From Bugula neritina (taxonomy: Eukaryota; Animalia; Bryozoa): a DNA stretch of 64,000 nucleotides. Under the pieces are notes generated by a model. It had not been told where the DNA came from, made no database searches, and was given only the letters and a program-made list of their open reading frames with translations. Position 1 is the stretch's first letter. Each line of letters starts with the position of its first letter. Location: contig OZ037766.1 of NCBI GenBank assembly GCA_964035545.1, positions 19,146,767-19,210,766 of the forward strand, in the 5' to 3' direction. Positions 34,601 to 47,995 of this stretch are shown here, one piece after another. The position numbers were made by a program, and so were the translations under genes.

Positions 34601-37600
34601 CCTCCATTGTTTAAAAGTTATTAGTTTAAAATAATTTTGGTCTGTTAATTGAAGGTCATGCAGTTGCCTGTTATCAATGTGTATGACTGGCAGAATACAC
34701 ATAATTTATTACCGAACAAGTTGATGTTAATGTTAATAGCTATTCAAGAGATGAAAAGTGCTGCATTCTTGCGTTTGAATCAGATTTTCTCTAATTATCT
34801 ACTGAAAATGAACCATCAGGTTAAGCTTCAATTTAAACTAGAATAATGTTAACTCAATTAATAAAATGCTTTATTATTGGGTAAAACAGCAACTTTTTAA
34901 ATTGGGGGAGATAACTCTGATTTCAACCTTTTACGATTTTCAAAACTGCAAAAAGCATTCAGTTGGTCAGAATAAACTAGCAACTGGTCTGACTTACAAA
35001 GACGCTATGGAGTGTCTACATGCTAAGGATTACCTTTCTAGCTGCTACAACAAAAAAGTGGCGGCTTAGAGAATCAGGAACATTTGAAAAACTAATACAT
35101 CATGACCTAGTTTCTACCCACTTTTCAATTTTAGTCACAATTTTTTTTGAGAGATAGTTTCGTAGGTGTCCACATTTCTAGAAAGTATATTGAATATTAA
35201 ACTTAAATTACTAAAATAATTACGTATTTAAAATTTTACTATGCCCTCTTGAAAATTTGCCAACCCTGTATATCCAGCCTTTTCAAGCAAGATGTTCTTC
35301 CCCCCCCCCCCCCCAGATACAAAAATGTTTCTCGAAGATTTGAAATGTTGACTTCACAGTGATATATAGCAACGTTTGTATTAATGTGCTCCACCTGCCC
35401 AATTTTGCATGTTCGCACCCCTACTAATAGCACAATTTGAAGGCATCAAGAGCATAAAATAAATAATCAAAATTTGAAAATTTCAATTTTTTAAAAAGCT
35501 TGCCCTATATGGCTTATAAAGGGTTAGGCAATGAACACAGCACTGGTTTTCAAGCCAACTTGCAACTAACTTTAGTTTTGGATTCAGGTCTAAGATGCTA
35601 TAAGATAAAGCCTAAAGTGCAAGGATGTGGCTCCCAACTTATATTTGTGTGGCCTGTAAAGGCATAAAACTAAAATTATTTTACACAGTGTACAATGTAC
35701 ATGAGTTAGAGTGAAAAACCACTTTTTCAATGGCTTATTTATACACATGCTACCAAACATGCAGCCTGCATTAACTATTGGGACTTTACTGTATAAGGAT
35801 TCATAATAATGTCTTTATCCAGTTGTGGAATGCAGTGTGCTGATATTTTGAGATTGAGAGATATAGTATCTCTGACATATCACATATGTAATAACTGTTG
35901 TAACACTGAAGGACTTTAAATATATAGCAAACAAGCACGTGGTCATTTTAGATTCACTTCAACCTTATATTCTCGATGTTGTTAGTAAATATGTTTATAG
36001 CCCCACATTGAATCATTTGATGTTATTTCAATGTGCTTTTGTCTCTTAGCTTATGCCTATTGTACTTAGCTGCTTATTAGTAATAGCAATTTTATAGCTA
36101 TCCACTTATGTGTGCTACTTTATGTTTTTTGTTCTTAATTCACTTGCTTGTAATATTCAGTGCAATAAAGAGCTCTGTCAAATTATAACTCTAACACTCG
36201 GGAATATTTTGGTATCTTCATTCTACTTATAAAGTAAATGTGATTACATCTTTTCAACAATTAGATTATTGTCTATGAATTACATTATTCAACTTTTTAG
36301 GTATGGATTTTTGATACTGAGATCAACAAGTGGCAAGCTGTTATATCTAAACCTGATCAGATTCACGGTTAGTTTATACTAGTTATATACTTGAGGTAAA
36401 CTTGCAATCACGTGCAGTTTTCAGTTATTGTGTATAATATTCAACTTTAACTCAGTCAGCTGGTAGCTGTCCTAAGGATGCATGCTACATGTGACCTTTG
36501 TCAGTTAAGGCTCTGCTCAAACGTAATGATTTTATTGGAGATGTTTTTTGTTTTCAAAACACGTTAGTAAATTGTTTGATTAAAAAAGTAATTTTAGCTT
36601 TTCAAGACAGTGTTTATCTATATGTTTTTGGCAATTATTTGTGACATATTTCTAAATGCTAGAAATTCTTTGTCATGGGTAGAGCAAATCAATATATACA
36701 AAAGTTGATTTCCGGAAGGCTTGCATCGATGCATTTTATCAAAAATAGCTCAAAATGGTAAATCTACTTGATGCTAGTATTGTCTCAATTCAATATTTTT
36801 TCTCTTTTTTCTTATTGTGTTGAAGGATTTCCTACTCCACGAAAGTGCCATGCTTGTGTTCACTACTACAATGGTAAGTTGAAATCCTGCCTCTTTCATA
36901 GATATTTTTATTAAACTATTTTTTGTGCTTATAGCATGTTCTTCACTTCCACGCAGAATAAGCCACCATAACAGTTTCTACACAGGGTATATGAAAATAT
37001 TAAAATGTTTTTTTAATTATTTCAAAATCAAATACCATTAACAGAATTGTGATCAAAGATACTAATCTCACAGCCCCGCAACATCCTGGGTTTTCACAGT
37101 TTTAGTTTCATTTTTCTTGTGAAATATCTGTAATACAGCAAAATATGTGTAGTCTAGAAAAAATTTTCACATAATATCGTTTGAGCAAATTTGAAACATT
37201 GTCTCCGTGCAATGAAAAGATCATAATCCGCACTATTGTTTGTACAAATTTCTGCAGACGTGTATGTGTCAGGGGGACTAGGGGCAGGTGACAACCCAGC
37301 TTTGAAGGATATGTGGAAATTTCACATCCCTACATCTCAGTGGATTAGATTGCACTTTACGCTGAAAAACGAAATTTATTTTCACGCTGCAGCTATTAGT
37401 GAGGTGAGCTGGCTACTGTGTGTGTTTGTGCTTACCGTGTGTGTATAAATCAATCTGTACAACAACTATTTCAGAATTTATTCCCTCATCAGAACAGAAT
37501 TGAATACCATGGCCCACACCTTGAATAGGAAAGAAATTGTTGTATTCATCAAAACATATTTTCAAAGTCTTTAAATTCAAGTCAGGGTACTCCAGGCATT

Positions 37601-39383
37601 GCTCTTGTTATAATTTCAATTAAGTTATTCAATCAATCAACTCTTCTGGAACATTAAATGAAAGCATAGTTCAATATATGTGATAAAAGTATTTTACGAC
37701 AGATTTTTTTTGTGTTAGAAGGTAAATTTGTGAATAGCTGCGTGGTTAGTTACAGTCTTTATTTATCTGCAATGACATTTTAGTGGGTTTATTGTACCAC
37801 TATAGTTTAATCTTTTGTTTTTCAAATGTATTAGATATTTAACTATTTGTGTATTTATTTGCTTCGATAGGCAGCTTAAATCTATTTAATTTAAATGTTT
37901 AGCTCATACTTATATTATATAAGAGTAAGGGTAGATCTTGAAACTGGCTGCAAAAATGCATGACTGTGCATACCGTGGTGCTTCAACTGGTAGGATTTAT
38001 CACACTTGCAATTTTAATGCCATACAACTACACGTGTAACTGTGATACTATCAGAAAGGTTATCTAGCTCTATAATATGCCCTTAGTTGAGTTCTCCCGG
38101 TCTTTTAGAAATAGTAGTCCCAATTTCCACAAATGATGTTTTACCTGTTGATGTACCTGTATTATCTAGCACAGTGTGGCGTGTTAGCTTTTAATCCCAA
38201 CTCATTTTGATTATCAATTTTGTTGTTTGTTGAGCCAAATCACTCTTGGTGTCTGTTCATTAAATCAGTTTTCTTTAGAGATATTTTGGTGCTTATCATG
38301 ATTTTGATGTAGTTAGAAAAGATGGGAATCTGTCACTATGTGGCATAAAGTTTCCTATAACACTGCATAAAGGCAAAATGTATCTTATAAAGGCATTATG
38401 ATACCTATAAAAAGTCATTTACAGGTGATTTTGTTTTCACAGATTGTTTTCACTAAATTGGTCAACTCTTGAGCAGTATAATTATGCTACAAATAGTGTT
38501 GGGTATTGAAATTTCTGTAACTTATTTGCTGGAGTGGCTTGTCTTAGCAGTGAAGATGCTTTGTGATTATTCATCGTTAAATATGATTTTAAAACATTGT
38601 TACGTTTTATGGTCCTATCCGATTGCTATATTTTATGCCTAATAATAGCCATTGGCACATAGTGACTATATACATGACCCTATACATATAACATCGTTGG
38701 CTGTTCATATTATTTTATTGTAGAGTGGAACTTTGTACATTTTCGGTGGTGTTACACCATCATATACAGATAGTAATGATTCTACAAGTATAAGATCTAA
38801 TGCCTTGCATAAGGTAATTCCTATACTCTTTATATTTTATGCTTCAAAATTCACAGTTGTTATAGGGTTTTAGTGGCCTCCACATTGTAGAATGCATATT
38901 ATAATATTATTTTGTGTATTTCCCCAAACTTACTGCTGGTGTGGGCTGTTGGTCCTGACTCCCTTTCATGTTATTAATATTTGTACTTATTTGTCTATTG
39001 GTATTGTTAAATAATAAATATATTTTTGACCTAATCTTTAGAGGTGGTGTATAATTGCTTAGATATAAATTGCTTTTACATATTATATTGAGATAATAAA
39101 TAACCACTACCGGAACAGGGCAAAGTGGAGATAGGTGAGAATTGAGATAATAAACAACTCACTATGATGATTGCTACAGTCTTGTTACATTTTCTAGGTA
39201 GACCTGTACGTCAAATCCTTAGGAGAAGTATGCTGGGAGTACATAATAGACAAGTTCCCACAACTATTGCTCTTACCTCATAGTGACCTCATCAAGCTTG
39301 GAATTCCTCGGATGTATTTAACCCGACTCGAAAATTTTAGGCATGTAATTCCAAGTCAGAAAATAGTTGCTGTAGCTAGCTAA
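25606..39383 (+). CDS. KLHDC10: Kelch domain-containing protein 10-like (CRL2 substrate receptor); first exon(s) not identified
   Basis: GT-AG exons in consistent phase: 25606-25824, 28556-28710, 30247-30398, 30765-30849, 36301-36367, 36826-36873, 37258-37403, 38724-38813, 39198-39383. Translation PDARSGHR..GGYNP..PLFRELWKF..GGTGFPF..FGGTTGF..RYRQE..GGGTS..GFPTPRKCH..YFHAAA..VKSLGEVCW (BC-box-like) matches KLHDC10 as I recall it. Confidence 0.92.
25942..27286. mobile_element. Non-autonomous Mutator/Foldback-like element in a KLHDC10 intron
   Basis: 9-bp TSD TCAATATCT (25933-25941 / 27287-27295). Long inverted arms with repeated GACTAAAATGGGTGTC motifs. Confidence 0.85.
27917..28285. repeat. 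Probable solo LTR related to 32065-32398
   Basis: Shared start TGTGATAAACTTGTGGGT and shared GCGAGCTCCAGT.GTAGACTGAA. Right end uncertain. Confidence 0.5.
32065..32398 (-). repeat. Probable solo LTR
   Basis: TGTGATAA..TTACCACA termini, flanks ATAC/ACAC, TATAAAA and AATAAA on the minus strand. Confidence 0.6.
33267..34287 (+). mobile_element. tRNA-derived SINE copy interrupted by a MITE
   Basis: 33267-33292 joined to 34099-34287 reconstitutes the SINE seen at 17010-17228. Confidence 0.75.
33293..34095. mobile_element. PIF/Harbinger-like MITE
   Basis: TIRs AGGCCTGGCCACACGAT.GTGAGAATCACACGAAA. TSD TAA (33290-33292 / 34096-34098). Confidence 0.85.
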
Positions 39384-41772
39384 TTTGACTTTTTCGAATG
39401 GCAAAATAAGCCCATTTACTGGATGCGGTTATGTAGTGTAATTTTGTGCCTGTTATTCAACATAATTTATTTTTTAGAGAAGTGTAAACACAAATTTCTT
39501 GTCCCCAAATAACATAGACTTGCAATATAATATCTCATTGTAATAGTTATTTGTACCTGAAATGGGCTGCTCTGGAGAATATGGAACTAACTAGCAAATA
39601 CCATTTTAGTTAGAAAGAAACGTCTGAAATTTTGGTAAAATACTTCTAATAATTAATTCTCAAGGTTCACAATGATGGGAAATTTGTTTGGGAATAAATT
39701 ATATCAGTTTTACAGCTGAAGCTTTTTAAGCAAAACTGCATCTTGTTGACAAAATGTTTGTAAGTCATTATTTGTGTGTTGCTGATTGTTATTCTGCTGT
39801 TTTACAATATTTTTTATAATTGTTAACAGAAACGCATTGTTTTGTAAAAATTTGTTTCCAACCCACTTGGACACATGAAGCTATTAATTTAATTTCATTA
39901 TGTAAAATAGTGCAAAAAGTATAAAAGTGTTGTGGTGTAATTCTTATTATGACAATTGCATAGTTGCTATTCAGTATATTCAAATAATTCAAATTTAGCT
40001 TTTAAAAATATTGAATTAATTGAATAAAATTGGTTTTGAAATTCCAGTGTCTTCAAACTAATGTACTAATATTAGTGAAAAATAGAAGTAGCAAAATGTA
40101 GGAAATAGAACAGCAATATGTCAAATATCTTGTGATTTTGACCAATTTTGAGTGTATATGGCAGTTAGTACTTATGACAATTAGCTGCGTTAAACTTTTG
40201 CTAAGGTTAGGAAAATGCTAGATATTTACTCTCCGTAATTGTATAAAACTTAATTGTAGCCAGCTGGGTGACAAAATTTTAGTTACAAAAGTCCCTCATA
40301 ATATAGGGGTGACGGGTGGGGGGGGCACAATGGTCATAGGGGTACAAAAAGCCGGTTAAACTGTGAGAGAACTTATTTAGTTAGAGTTGTAATTTTTTTA
40401 ATAAAAAGATACTGACATAATTTTTTAGCTATTGTAGTTTCAACACATACAGGGCATACATGTTGAAGAGGCTAGTCAAAAACTGTTTTTACCTACTTTT
40501 TGTAAATCTTTTATGTCATTGAAGCTTTATAACTTTTTACACTCAAAGGTAACAAGCCTAAATTTTACTGATATTGTTGCTATTTCTTGTCTCTACATTG
40601 CCTAACTAGTATAACAGCAAATTCCAAAATAAACTTTTCTTGAACCACATTTATTTTCAACTTGGCCATATGGGGCACAATAGACCACGCTGGCCAAGGC
40701 ACAATGGGCCACCTGATTCTTGCACCCTGTTCACTGTTTTTAGTTTGTTTGCCCAAAAAGTTAGATGAAATGTTAATAAAATCTATAGATATAGCCATTT
40801 CTGACCTTTTGTAAAGTATCAAAGACATCATGGTAAAACTACCAAACTACAATGTGAAGCTCCCGTAATAATATATACATCTGGTGAAGTTATCGCATTG
40901 CCATTTTATATATCATACAGAACACTCTGCTGCTGCTTCGAGTGGATAGTCAGGTATTCATTATACATTATATCATTGAGGGAATATACATATATTTGAC
41001 TAAAATAAAATCGGGTGTGGCTAAAATGGGTGGCCACCTGGTGTCGCGGGCCGTGACACCCATTTTAGTCAAAACCCCCCCTTATGACTAAAATGGGTGT
41101 CGCTGTAGTAATTCGTGCAATTACTGTGCGTGAATTCCTAGCTTGTAATTATAGTTTATGTATCCACATCAATAAAGGGCTTTCAATAAGATTAGACGAG
41201 ATTTATTTACTACTATATACAAATAAAGAGATATAAAAGCACACGGATTAAAACACTACATCTTTATTATTCTAGTACGCTCTCTCTATTACTTTATACA
41301 TCGCTGGGGTTATCACATGACGCGCTTCTTATTGGCTAGGAAGACTTGTGGACGCGCGTATCAAGTACTCACTACACCGCCCCCCCCCAACAGGAAGCCC
41401 ACCTTCCTGATAACACAGATACAGTTAGTACTAATACAAAAAAAATACAAAAAAACTATAAAACTGAGAGAGTGTGTGGTACATAAAAGAAAGAACATAA
41501 ATATATACAGTAAAAAAAATATAACAGTATAAACACAACACTATGACACTGACGGGAAAGGCACTTATAGGCGACGGCCCATAGGACTAAGAAATATACT
41601 TGTGGGTTACTATGAGATTGTCATACTGGACGATTGGTCGCTAGCACCGGACACGAGATAGAGGCTTTAGATGGAGAGGGCACCACCTGTGGTATAGTCA
41701 AGAGTGAGGGTAAGACGAGTAGGAAAAGGGGGGGTTTAGGGACTCCGTCTCAAGCATTTCCTTTCATTTGGG

Positions 41773-42831
41773 CTACAGAGGCAGAGAGAGTTCGGAGGCG
41801 GCGGCAGATACTCTCGGCGCCAACCTTTGTACTTCTTTCTCTAGTTCCCGTATCCGTTCTTCTGCTTCTCGTAAGTTACGGGCGGGGGCAGAGTGTCGAG
41901 AGGGAGATGAAGATAGCCAGCGTCGTTTGCGAGAGGGTCTAGGAGAAACGGAAGGGGAGGGACGCCATCGTTGGGGCACTTCGATGCGTCGTAGCACAAC
42001 TCTGGGTATAGAATCGGGACGCGGCACTGTGTGGGTGGGGGGTGATGAGCGGGGCATGGGTGGTTTCTTGAATCCGGGGGGTTTGGGGCAGGGTCCTTGT
42101 GTGATGGCCCTGGGTGCGGGGAACTCCTGACGCAGCCGTTCATAGCGAGTCGGGTCTGATATGAAGGGTCGGATGAGAGCAAGGAAGTGTGGGAAAGAGG
42201 GTTCGTCGACTTCATAAAGATGTCCAACATGACATCCCATGGTCCGCTGGTGACGGAGGATGTAGTCCCTGTGGTAACTATATTCACCACAGGGACAAAA
42301 GGTGGTGACATAATGTTGGGGGACGTGAACTCGGAGTCTTCGAGGGGTGGTGAAATGGAGTTGGCACAAGCGGCAGGTGGTGCGTTGGTCATCGCCTTTA
42401 TATTCTCGAATAAGTGCTTCTGTGTCCGGGGTAACCCAGCATGACTGGTTTAAGAGTACTTCCGGCAGTGTGACGGGGGTAGGTTCCTCGTTCCAAGCCA
42501 TTTCCAATGGCGGCATGTCACGGGGAAGAGGAGAAGGAGTGGTATCTAAAAGAGCAGAATTATTGTTAGATCGAGTGTGATCTTTACACCATAATTCTGA
42601 TGACAACCGACTGTTCCTAGTCTGAGAGTCATACATCTTTTTAGACGGCACTCGAGAGACTGTGTCGAGGCGTGTAGACTGACTAAGAAACATAGTGTCA
42701 AGCTCCAGATCTAGTAGATCGTCGGCCATTGTTATGTTCTCGTCGCCTTTCACGTAAGACTCAGTCTCCAGTAGTTCTGATTCAATCAGGGCAATTAAAT
42801 CAGCACTAACTGATGTTAGACCTGATTCCAT
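41773..42831 (-). CDS. ORF3 of element B (last residues frameshifted relative to C)
   Basis: 352 aa with CRLC..H..H and CPC..H..C fingers, PRVVLRRIE and a coiled coil. Confidence 0.85.
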   Translation of the reverse strand: MESGLTSVSADLIALIESELLETESYVKGDENITMADDLLDLELDTMFLSQSTRLDTVSRVPSKKMYDSQTRNSRLSSELWCKDHTRSNNNSALLDTTPSPLPRDMPPLEMAWNEEPTPVTLPEVLLNQSCWVTPDTEALIREYKGDDQRTTCRLCQLHFTTPRRLRVHVPQHYVTTFCPCGEYSYHRDYILRHQRTMGCHVGHLYEVDEPSFPHFLALIRPFISDPTRYERLRQEFPAPRAITQGPCPKPPGFKKPPMPRSSPPTHTVPRPDSIPRVVLRRIEVPQRWRPSPSVSPRPSRKRRWLSSSPSRHSAPARNLREAEERIRELEKEVQRLAPRVSAAASELSLPL

Positions 42832-42896
42832 GAATGGGAGTGTTAGGTCAAAGCAAGCTTACCTGGGAACCCGGTATTTGTAATCATACTCAGCGT

Positions 42897-45800
42897 TCAA
42901 GCTTGGATGTCAGTGGATTGAGTTTGGATACGTCTGCCCTTGACAACGTCAGCGTATGAAAAGGCTGGGCAGCGTGGTTGCTGCGCACGGCTGGAACTAT
43001 TTGTCTCGGGCGTAGTAGTTTTGCTTACTAATCCGCCTTCGCAAAAGTTGGTATTCCCAAGGTGTTCACAACTCCCACGTTTTGCTGCCAGTCTTTCCGC
43101 ACGGTGCCCAGCCAGACTTTCATAACTGCCGTTTCTAACGCGGTCACATACGAAGTCTTTCAAGTATGCTGGGGGTTGTCTAGTACGCTGTCCCCGTTCC
43201 AAGGGAGGTGACGTATTAGCTGGGGAGGGGGGTGTAGTTGTTGGTCGGGGCGGTGTACTCACGGGTGGGCTATTTTGGACAGAGCGCTCCAACTTGTACG
43301 CATGATTGGACATCGCCTCAACTACCACGTAGGGTCCCACGAACTTTGGCTGGAGCTTAGCCGCTTGTCCTCGACGCCTACGGTAGTTGATCATCCACAC
43401 CCAGTCCCCAGTTCGATAGAGGGGTGGTTCCTGAGAGTCCCCCTGCCGTACCTGCCACTGCTTTGCTCGCAGTATTTCGTGTGCGGCCTTCAGGTCCTCT
43501 ATTAATTTGTGGGCATACTCGTGGATGGTATAGTCTTGTTCTGGGATGTGGTATGTGAAGTGGTCGGGCACTCACGTCTCTCGACCAAGCATCAGGAGGT
43601 TAGGGGTTTCCCCGTACTAGTGTGTGGTGTACTACGATAGGCCCGCATGACTTGCGGTAGTACCGTATCCCATTCTTCCTCACCCCGGCCGAAGAGCAGA
43701 CTGCGGAGTGCGTCGCCCAACATGCGGTTGTTGCGTTCTACCACCCCGTTGCCCTGAGGGTGGTATGGAGTGGTCCTGCTTTGGTTTACTCCCCAGAGGC
43801 GGCAGAGGTCACTCAACAGTTGAGACTGGAATTGAGCCCCCTGGTCTGAATGTATCTGCTCGGGTAGTCCGAGGTAGCAGAATACATTTTGGTCTAGCAC
43901 CCTGTCCACCGTCGGGGCGGACGCATCTGGGATAGCCAGGGCGTCCGCCCACCGGGTAAAGTGGTCGGTTAATACTGGTATCCAACTGTTTCCTCTGGGG
44001 GTGAGAGGCATGGGTCCGACTAGGTTAACAGCTACCACCTGCCATGGCCTTCCAGCATATAGCCTATGCCGTCCCGCTTCGCCAGGGAGACGGCCATGCT
44101 TGCTGGCCTGGAAAAAATTTCGCATTGTTTGACTCTAAGCCGTACGTGTGCCACATGCCGGGCCAGTACCACCGGAGCTGTAACTTGGAGAGCACCTTTT
44201 TTACCCCGGCGTGGGCCTGTTTGTGGGTGTCCCATACTAACTTCCGGCGAATGGCGGCTGGGCAGATCACTCTCTCTCTCCCGTACTGGCTGTTACAGGT
44301 GGCCACTGTGATGGTCAGCAGACCATCTGGCCCGATCCGCAGGGAGTCCCAACGTTGGCAGTACAACCGTAACTCGGTGCATCCCTGCCGCAGTTGTTCT
44401 TCGCTGGGTCGTCGCCCCTCCTTCTTGGCCAGATACACGTCGGCTACTACCCTTCGGAGGTCCTCTTGGAGTCTTCGTAGCTCTCTGACGTTATCAGTCA
44501 AGACAGGATTGGCACGGAGGCTCTGGATAGTCTCTGGGGGTGTATCGGCCTTCTGTAGGAGTTGACCCTGGTCCCAGTCATACTCTTTTCCAGGGTGGTC
44601 CAGTGCTCTCAACTCGGGTTTTGGGGGACCCCCGTCCCTCTTCTCGATGTTGAGGCACTGTTTACACCCCTCGTCCGGCCACCGGCTCAGTCTGTCAGCA
44701 TTGCCGTGCTTCTTACCGGGCCGATGTTCGGTCCGGTAAGAGAACTCGGCCAGGACCTCGAGCCATCGAGCGACTTGGCTGGACGGTTCTGCTCTCTTGC
44801 ACAACCAAATCAAGGAGGCGTGGTCGGTCCGCAAGCGGAACTTCCTGCCGTATAGATAAGGTCTAAAGTGCTTCACCGACTTGATTACTGCCAGCAATTC
44901 CTTTCGGGTAGTGCAGTAATTCCGTTCGGTGGGTGAGAGAGACTTGCTGTAGTAGGCCACGACTACTTCACGGCCCTCCTGCACCTGGGACAGCACAGCG
45001 CCGAGGTTTTGGTCACTGGCGTCGGTATCTAGGATATACTCCAGGGCAGGGTCTGGGTAGGCTAGGATGGGGGCCTCTAGTAGGCGGCCCTTAAGGCAGT
45101 CGAACGCTCTCTGTTCGACGGAAGTCCACTGCCAGGTCACCCCCTTTGCGGTGAGCCGATTTAACGGCTGCGCTACCCCCGCAAAGTCTGGTATGTATTG
45201 CCGGTAATACCCTACCAGCCCCAGAAGAGCCTGTAGCCCGGTCAAATCCTGGGGGGTGACCCAATCTTCTATAGCTCGTACCTTTTCAAGATCCGTCGCC
45301 ACACCGTGACGGCCGACGACGTGCTCCAGGTACTACACCTCTGGCTGCAAGAGAGCGCACTTGGAGGGTTTGAGTTTCAGATTGGCACCTCTGAGTCGTT
45401 CGAAGACCTCCCGCAGACGACTGATGTGTGTCTGAAAGTCTGGGGAGATCACGATGACGTCATCGAGGTATACCAGCAGTGTCTTCCAGTGGAGTCCACT
45501 GAGGACCTGTTCCATGAGCCTCTGGAACGTGACGGGGGCAGAAGTCAGTCCAAAGGGTAGGACTTTCCACTTCCATAAGCCGTCCCGCGTGATGAACGCC
45601 GCTTTCTCCTGGGAGTCGGGACTGAGGGGGACCTGCCAGTAACCGCTCAACAAGTCTAGCGTACTGAAGTACTTGCTGCCGGCTGAGGCGTCCAGAGATT
45701 CGTCGATCCTGGGTAAGGGGTAGGCGTCCTGTATGGTCATGCTATTTAGTTTGCGATAATCCACACAGAACCGCCAACTGCCGTCTTTCTTTCGGACCAG

Positions 45801-47995
45801 GACGACCGGCGAGCTCCACACACTATGTGCTGGCTCTATGAGGCCGCGGTCCAAAAGATCCCGAACTTTTTGGTCGACCTCCTTTTCCTTCTCGGGTTCC
45901 AGCCTCCGTGTGGGCTGGCGAATAGGGGCAGTCCCTGCAGCCAGCGGTATCTCATGACGAACGGCCGTGGTCAGGCCGACGTCATGGTCCCCGCTGCTGA
46001 ACACGTCGCTATAGTCACGTAGCAACTGAGCCATGGCCTGACGCTGTCCGTTGCCCGCGCAGCCGTCACACGCTGCCTGGTATAGCTCTTAGACGTGTTG
46101 TGGGACGGTCCTTCGCCTAACTGACGGGCTCTGTTGGGGACCTTCCGTCGCAGCTCCCAGCGACGGCTCTATATCCTCCTCCTGGATGGGGTGGAAGCGG
46201 CCCAGCATGGATCCTGAAGGTAATTGTACCGCTTCGGAGAAAGGGTTGACACACTGCACCAAGATCTCTCCTCGGTCAGTCAGCCGGTTAAGACTGCTGG
46301 CGAGTTGGATTCTTGTGTGCGCATCTTCGACAACCCCTAACCCCGAGAGTTGGCTATTGTTCACTCTACAGTGAACGGTAGCCTGGGAGCGGCCGGATAT
46401 AGTACAGTTCCGTACTACCTGCACGCCTCCCGCTAGGGGACGACCGAACTTGTCGACACAGGCGAGTTCCCTGCCGGCCATCAGCATGGCTGACTTGCTA
46501 AAGTCAATACGGCACTCGTGTCTCTTCAAAAACGGCATCCCCAGTATAGTGTCCTCTTCGAGTTGGCTGATGACGAAGGTTTCCTGGATAGCCTGGTCGC
46601 GGACGCGCCCAGTCAGCTCTATGATACCGTAAAATGGAATCCGTGACCCGTCAGCTAGGGTGCCTGGTTCCCCGGTATAGGGAGCTAAGGCTCCCCTCTT
46701 CCTATAGGGGAGGGTGTCGAAGACCCGACGGCTGAGGAGATTAGTGGTACACTCGGAGTCTAGCAGAAAGGTGACAGCTTTGCCAGCCACCTTCCCTGGC
46801 AAGAAGTAGCTACCTCCGTGAGGCTGTACCCGTACTCCCCCAGCGTGCTCGGTCTCGGCCGAACGAGGCTGTGCCCGTTTGTTCCGCGGTTTGCGGGACC
46901 GGTGAGAGTTTCCTTGCGGAGGGGTGTATTGATCCCCTCCGATGCCCTGAGGGGCCTCGCTGGTCGACTTCATTTCTGGTAGCGTGCCGAAGCGGTTAGT
47001 GAGAGGTAGAGAGAAAGGTTCTTGTGGTCGTCCTGGTTGGTTGGTTCGACAAGGTGTTTGCCACTGGTGGGGGGCATACCGCTGCGTCCGTACGGACTCC
47101 TGGCGGTATCCACCCCGTTTTTTTCTCTGCTTTGGCCCGCGGAGCTCTGGGGGCCTCCGGGGGGCATGGGGTTTCTGCTGCTTCTTAAGTCGTGGGCAGC
47201 TCGAGCGGCGGTGTCCCCTGGTGCCGCATCCCCAGCAACGTATAGTGGGTCTGGGGGTTTTTACTGCTGGTCTCTTGTACTCCCTGGGGTTGCTGTATGT
47301 TATGGTCGCCACCAACTGTCCCAGTTTAGTCATCAAGCGGTCGACCTCTATCTCCACGGGGGGCTAGCGGTAGCGGCAGCTATTCGGACTGGGCGGTCTG
47401 GTTCTCTAGAGGTCTGCGGGATAGTCTCCATCACCTTGTAGAGTTGCTCGGCTCTTAGGTAAGCCTCGCTTTCTTGGATTGCAGCCTCTATCGTGGTCAC
47501 TCCCTTCGCTTGTAACTGGTGGTGGAAGTTCAAATTGTTGAGGGATTGTACAAAGGTCTCGAATGTATAGCGCCATCTGTGTGTTTCTGGCAGATCGCTA
47601 TACGCAATCTGTGTCAGTCTCTGCACCAGAGTAGCGTGGTCCGGGAGCGGTGTACATGTTTTGCGGAGCAGTCCTTGCAAACGGGCTTTGGCGTCGGCAA
47701 CAGGTATGCCAAAACGGGCCCGTAGCGTAGCAATGATCCCCTCTACGCTAGGTCTCCACCCGTACGGCTTGGCTTGTTCCGTCAGTGCCATTTGTAGCTT
47801 CATCAGGGCTACCCTTGGCGGCCATCTTGTAATGGCTGCAACTTCACGGAATTCCCGAATAAATTGTTCAACATCTTCAAGGCCCGTGAAAACGGGAGCC
47901 TCTAATGTATTCTTATATGCCTCCTCTTCGGCCTCGAGAGGGTTTATGGTAATGTCTCGCTCACCTTCTTCAGTTGAAGCTGCACTTTCGGCCAT
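42897..47995 (-). pseudogene. gag-pol of element B, fragmented
   Basis: ORF pieces 47348-47995 (gag), 46089-47357 (CCHC knuckle, PR), 45333-46034 (RT), 44064-45302 (RH), 43592-44125 (IN), 42897-43571. Internal deletion near 43275 relative to C. Confidence 0.93.
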
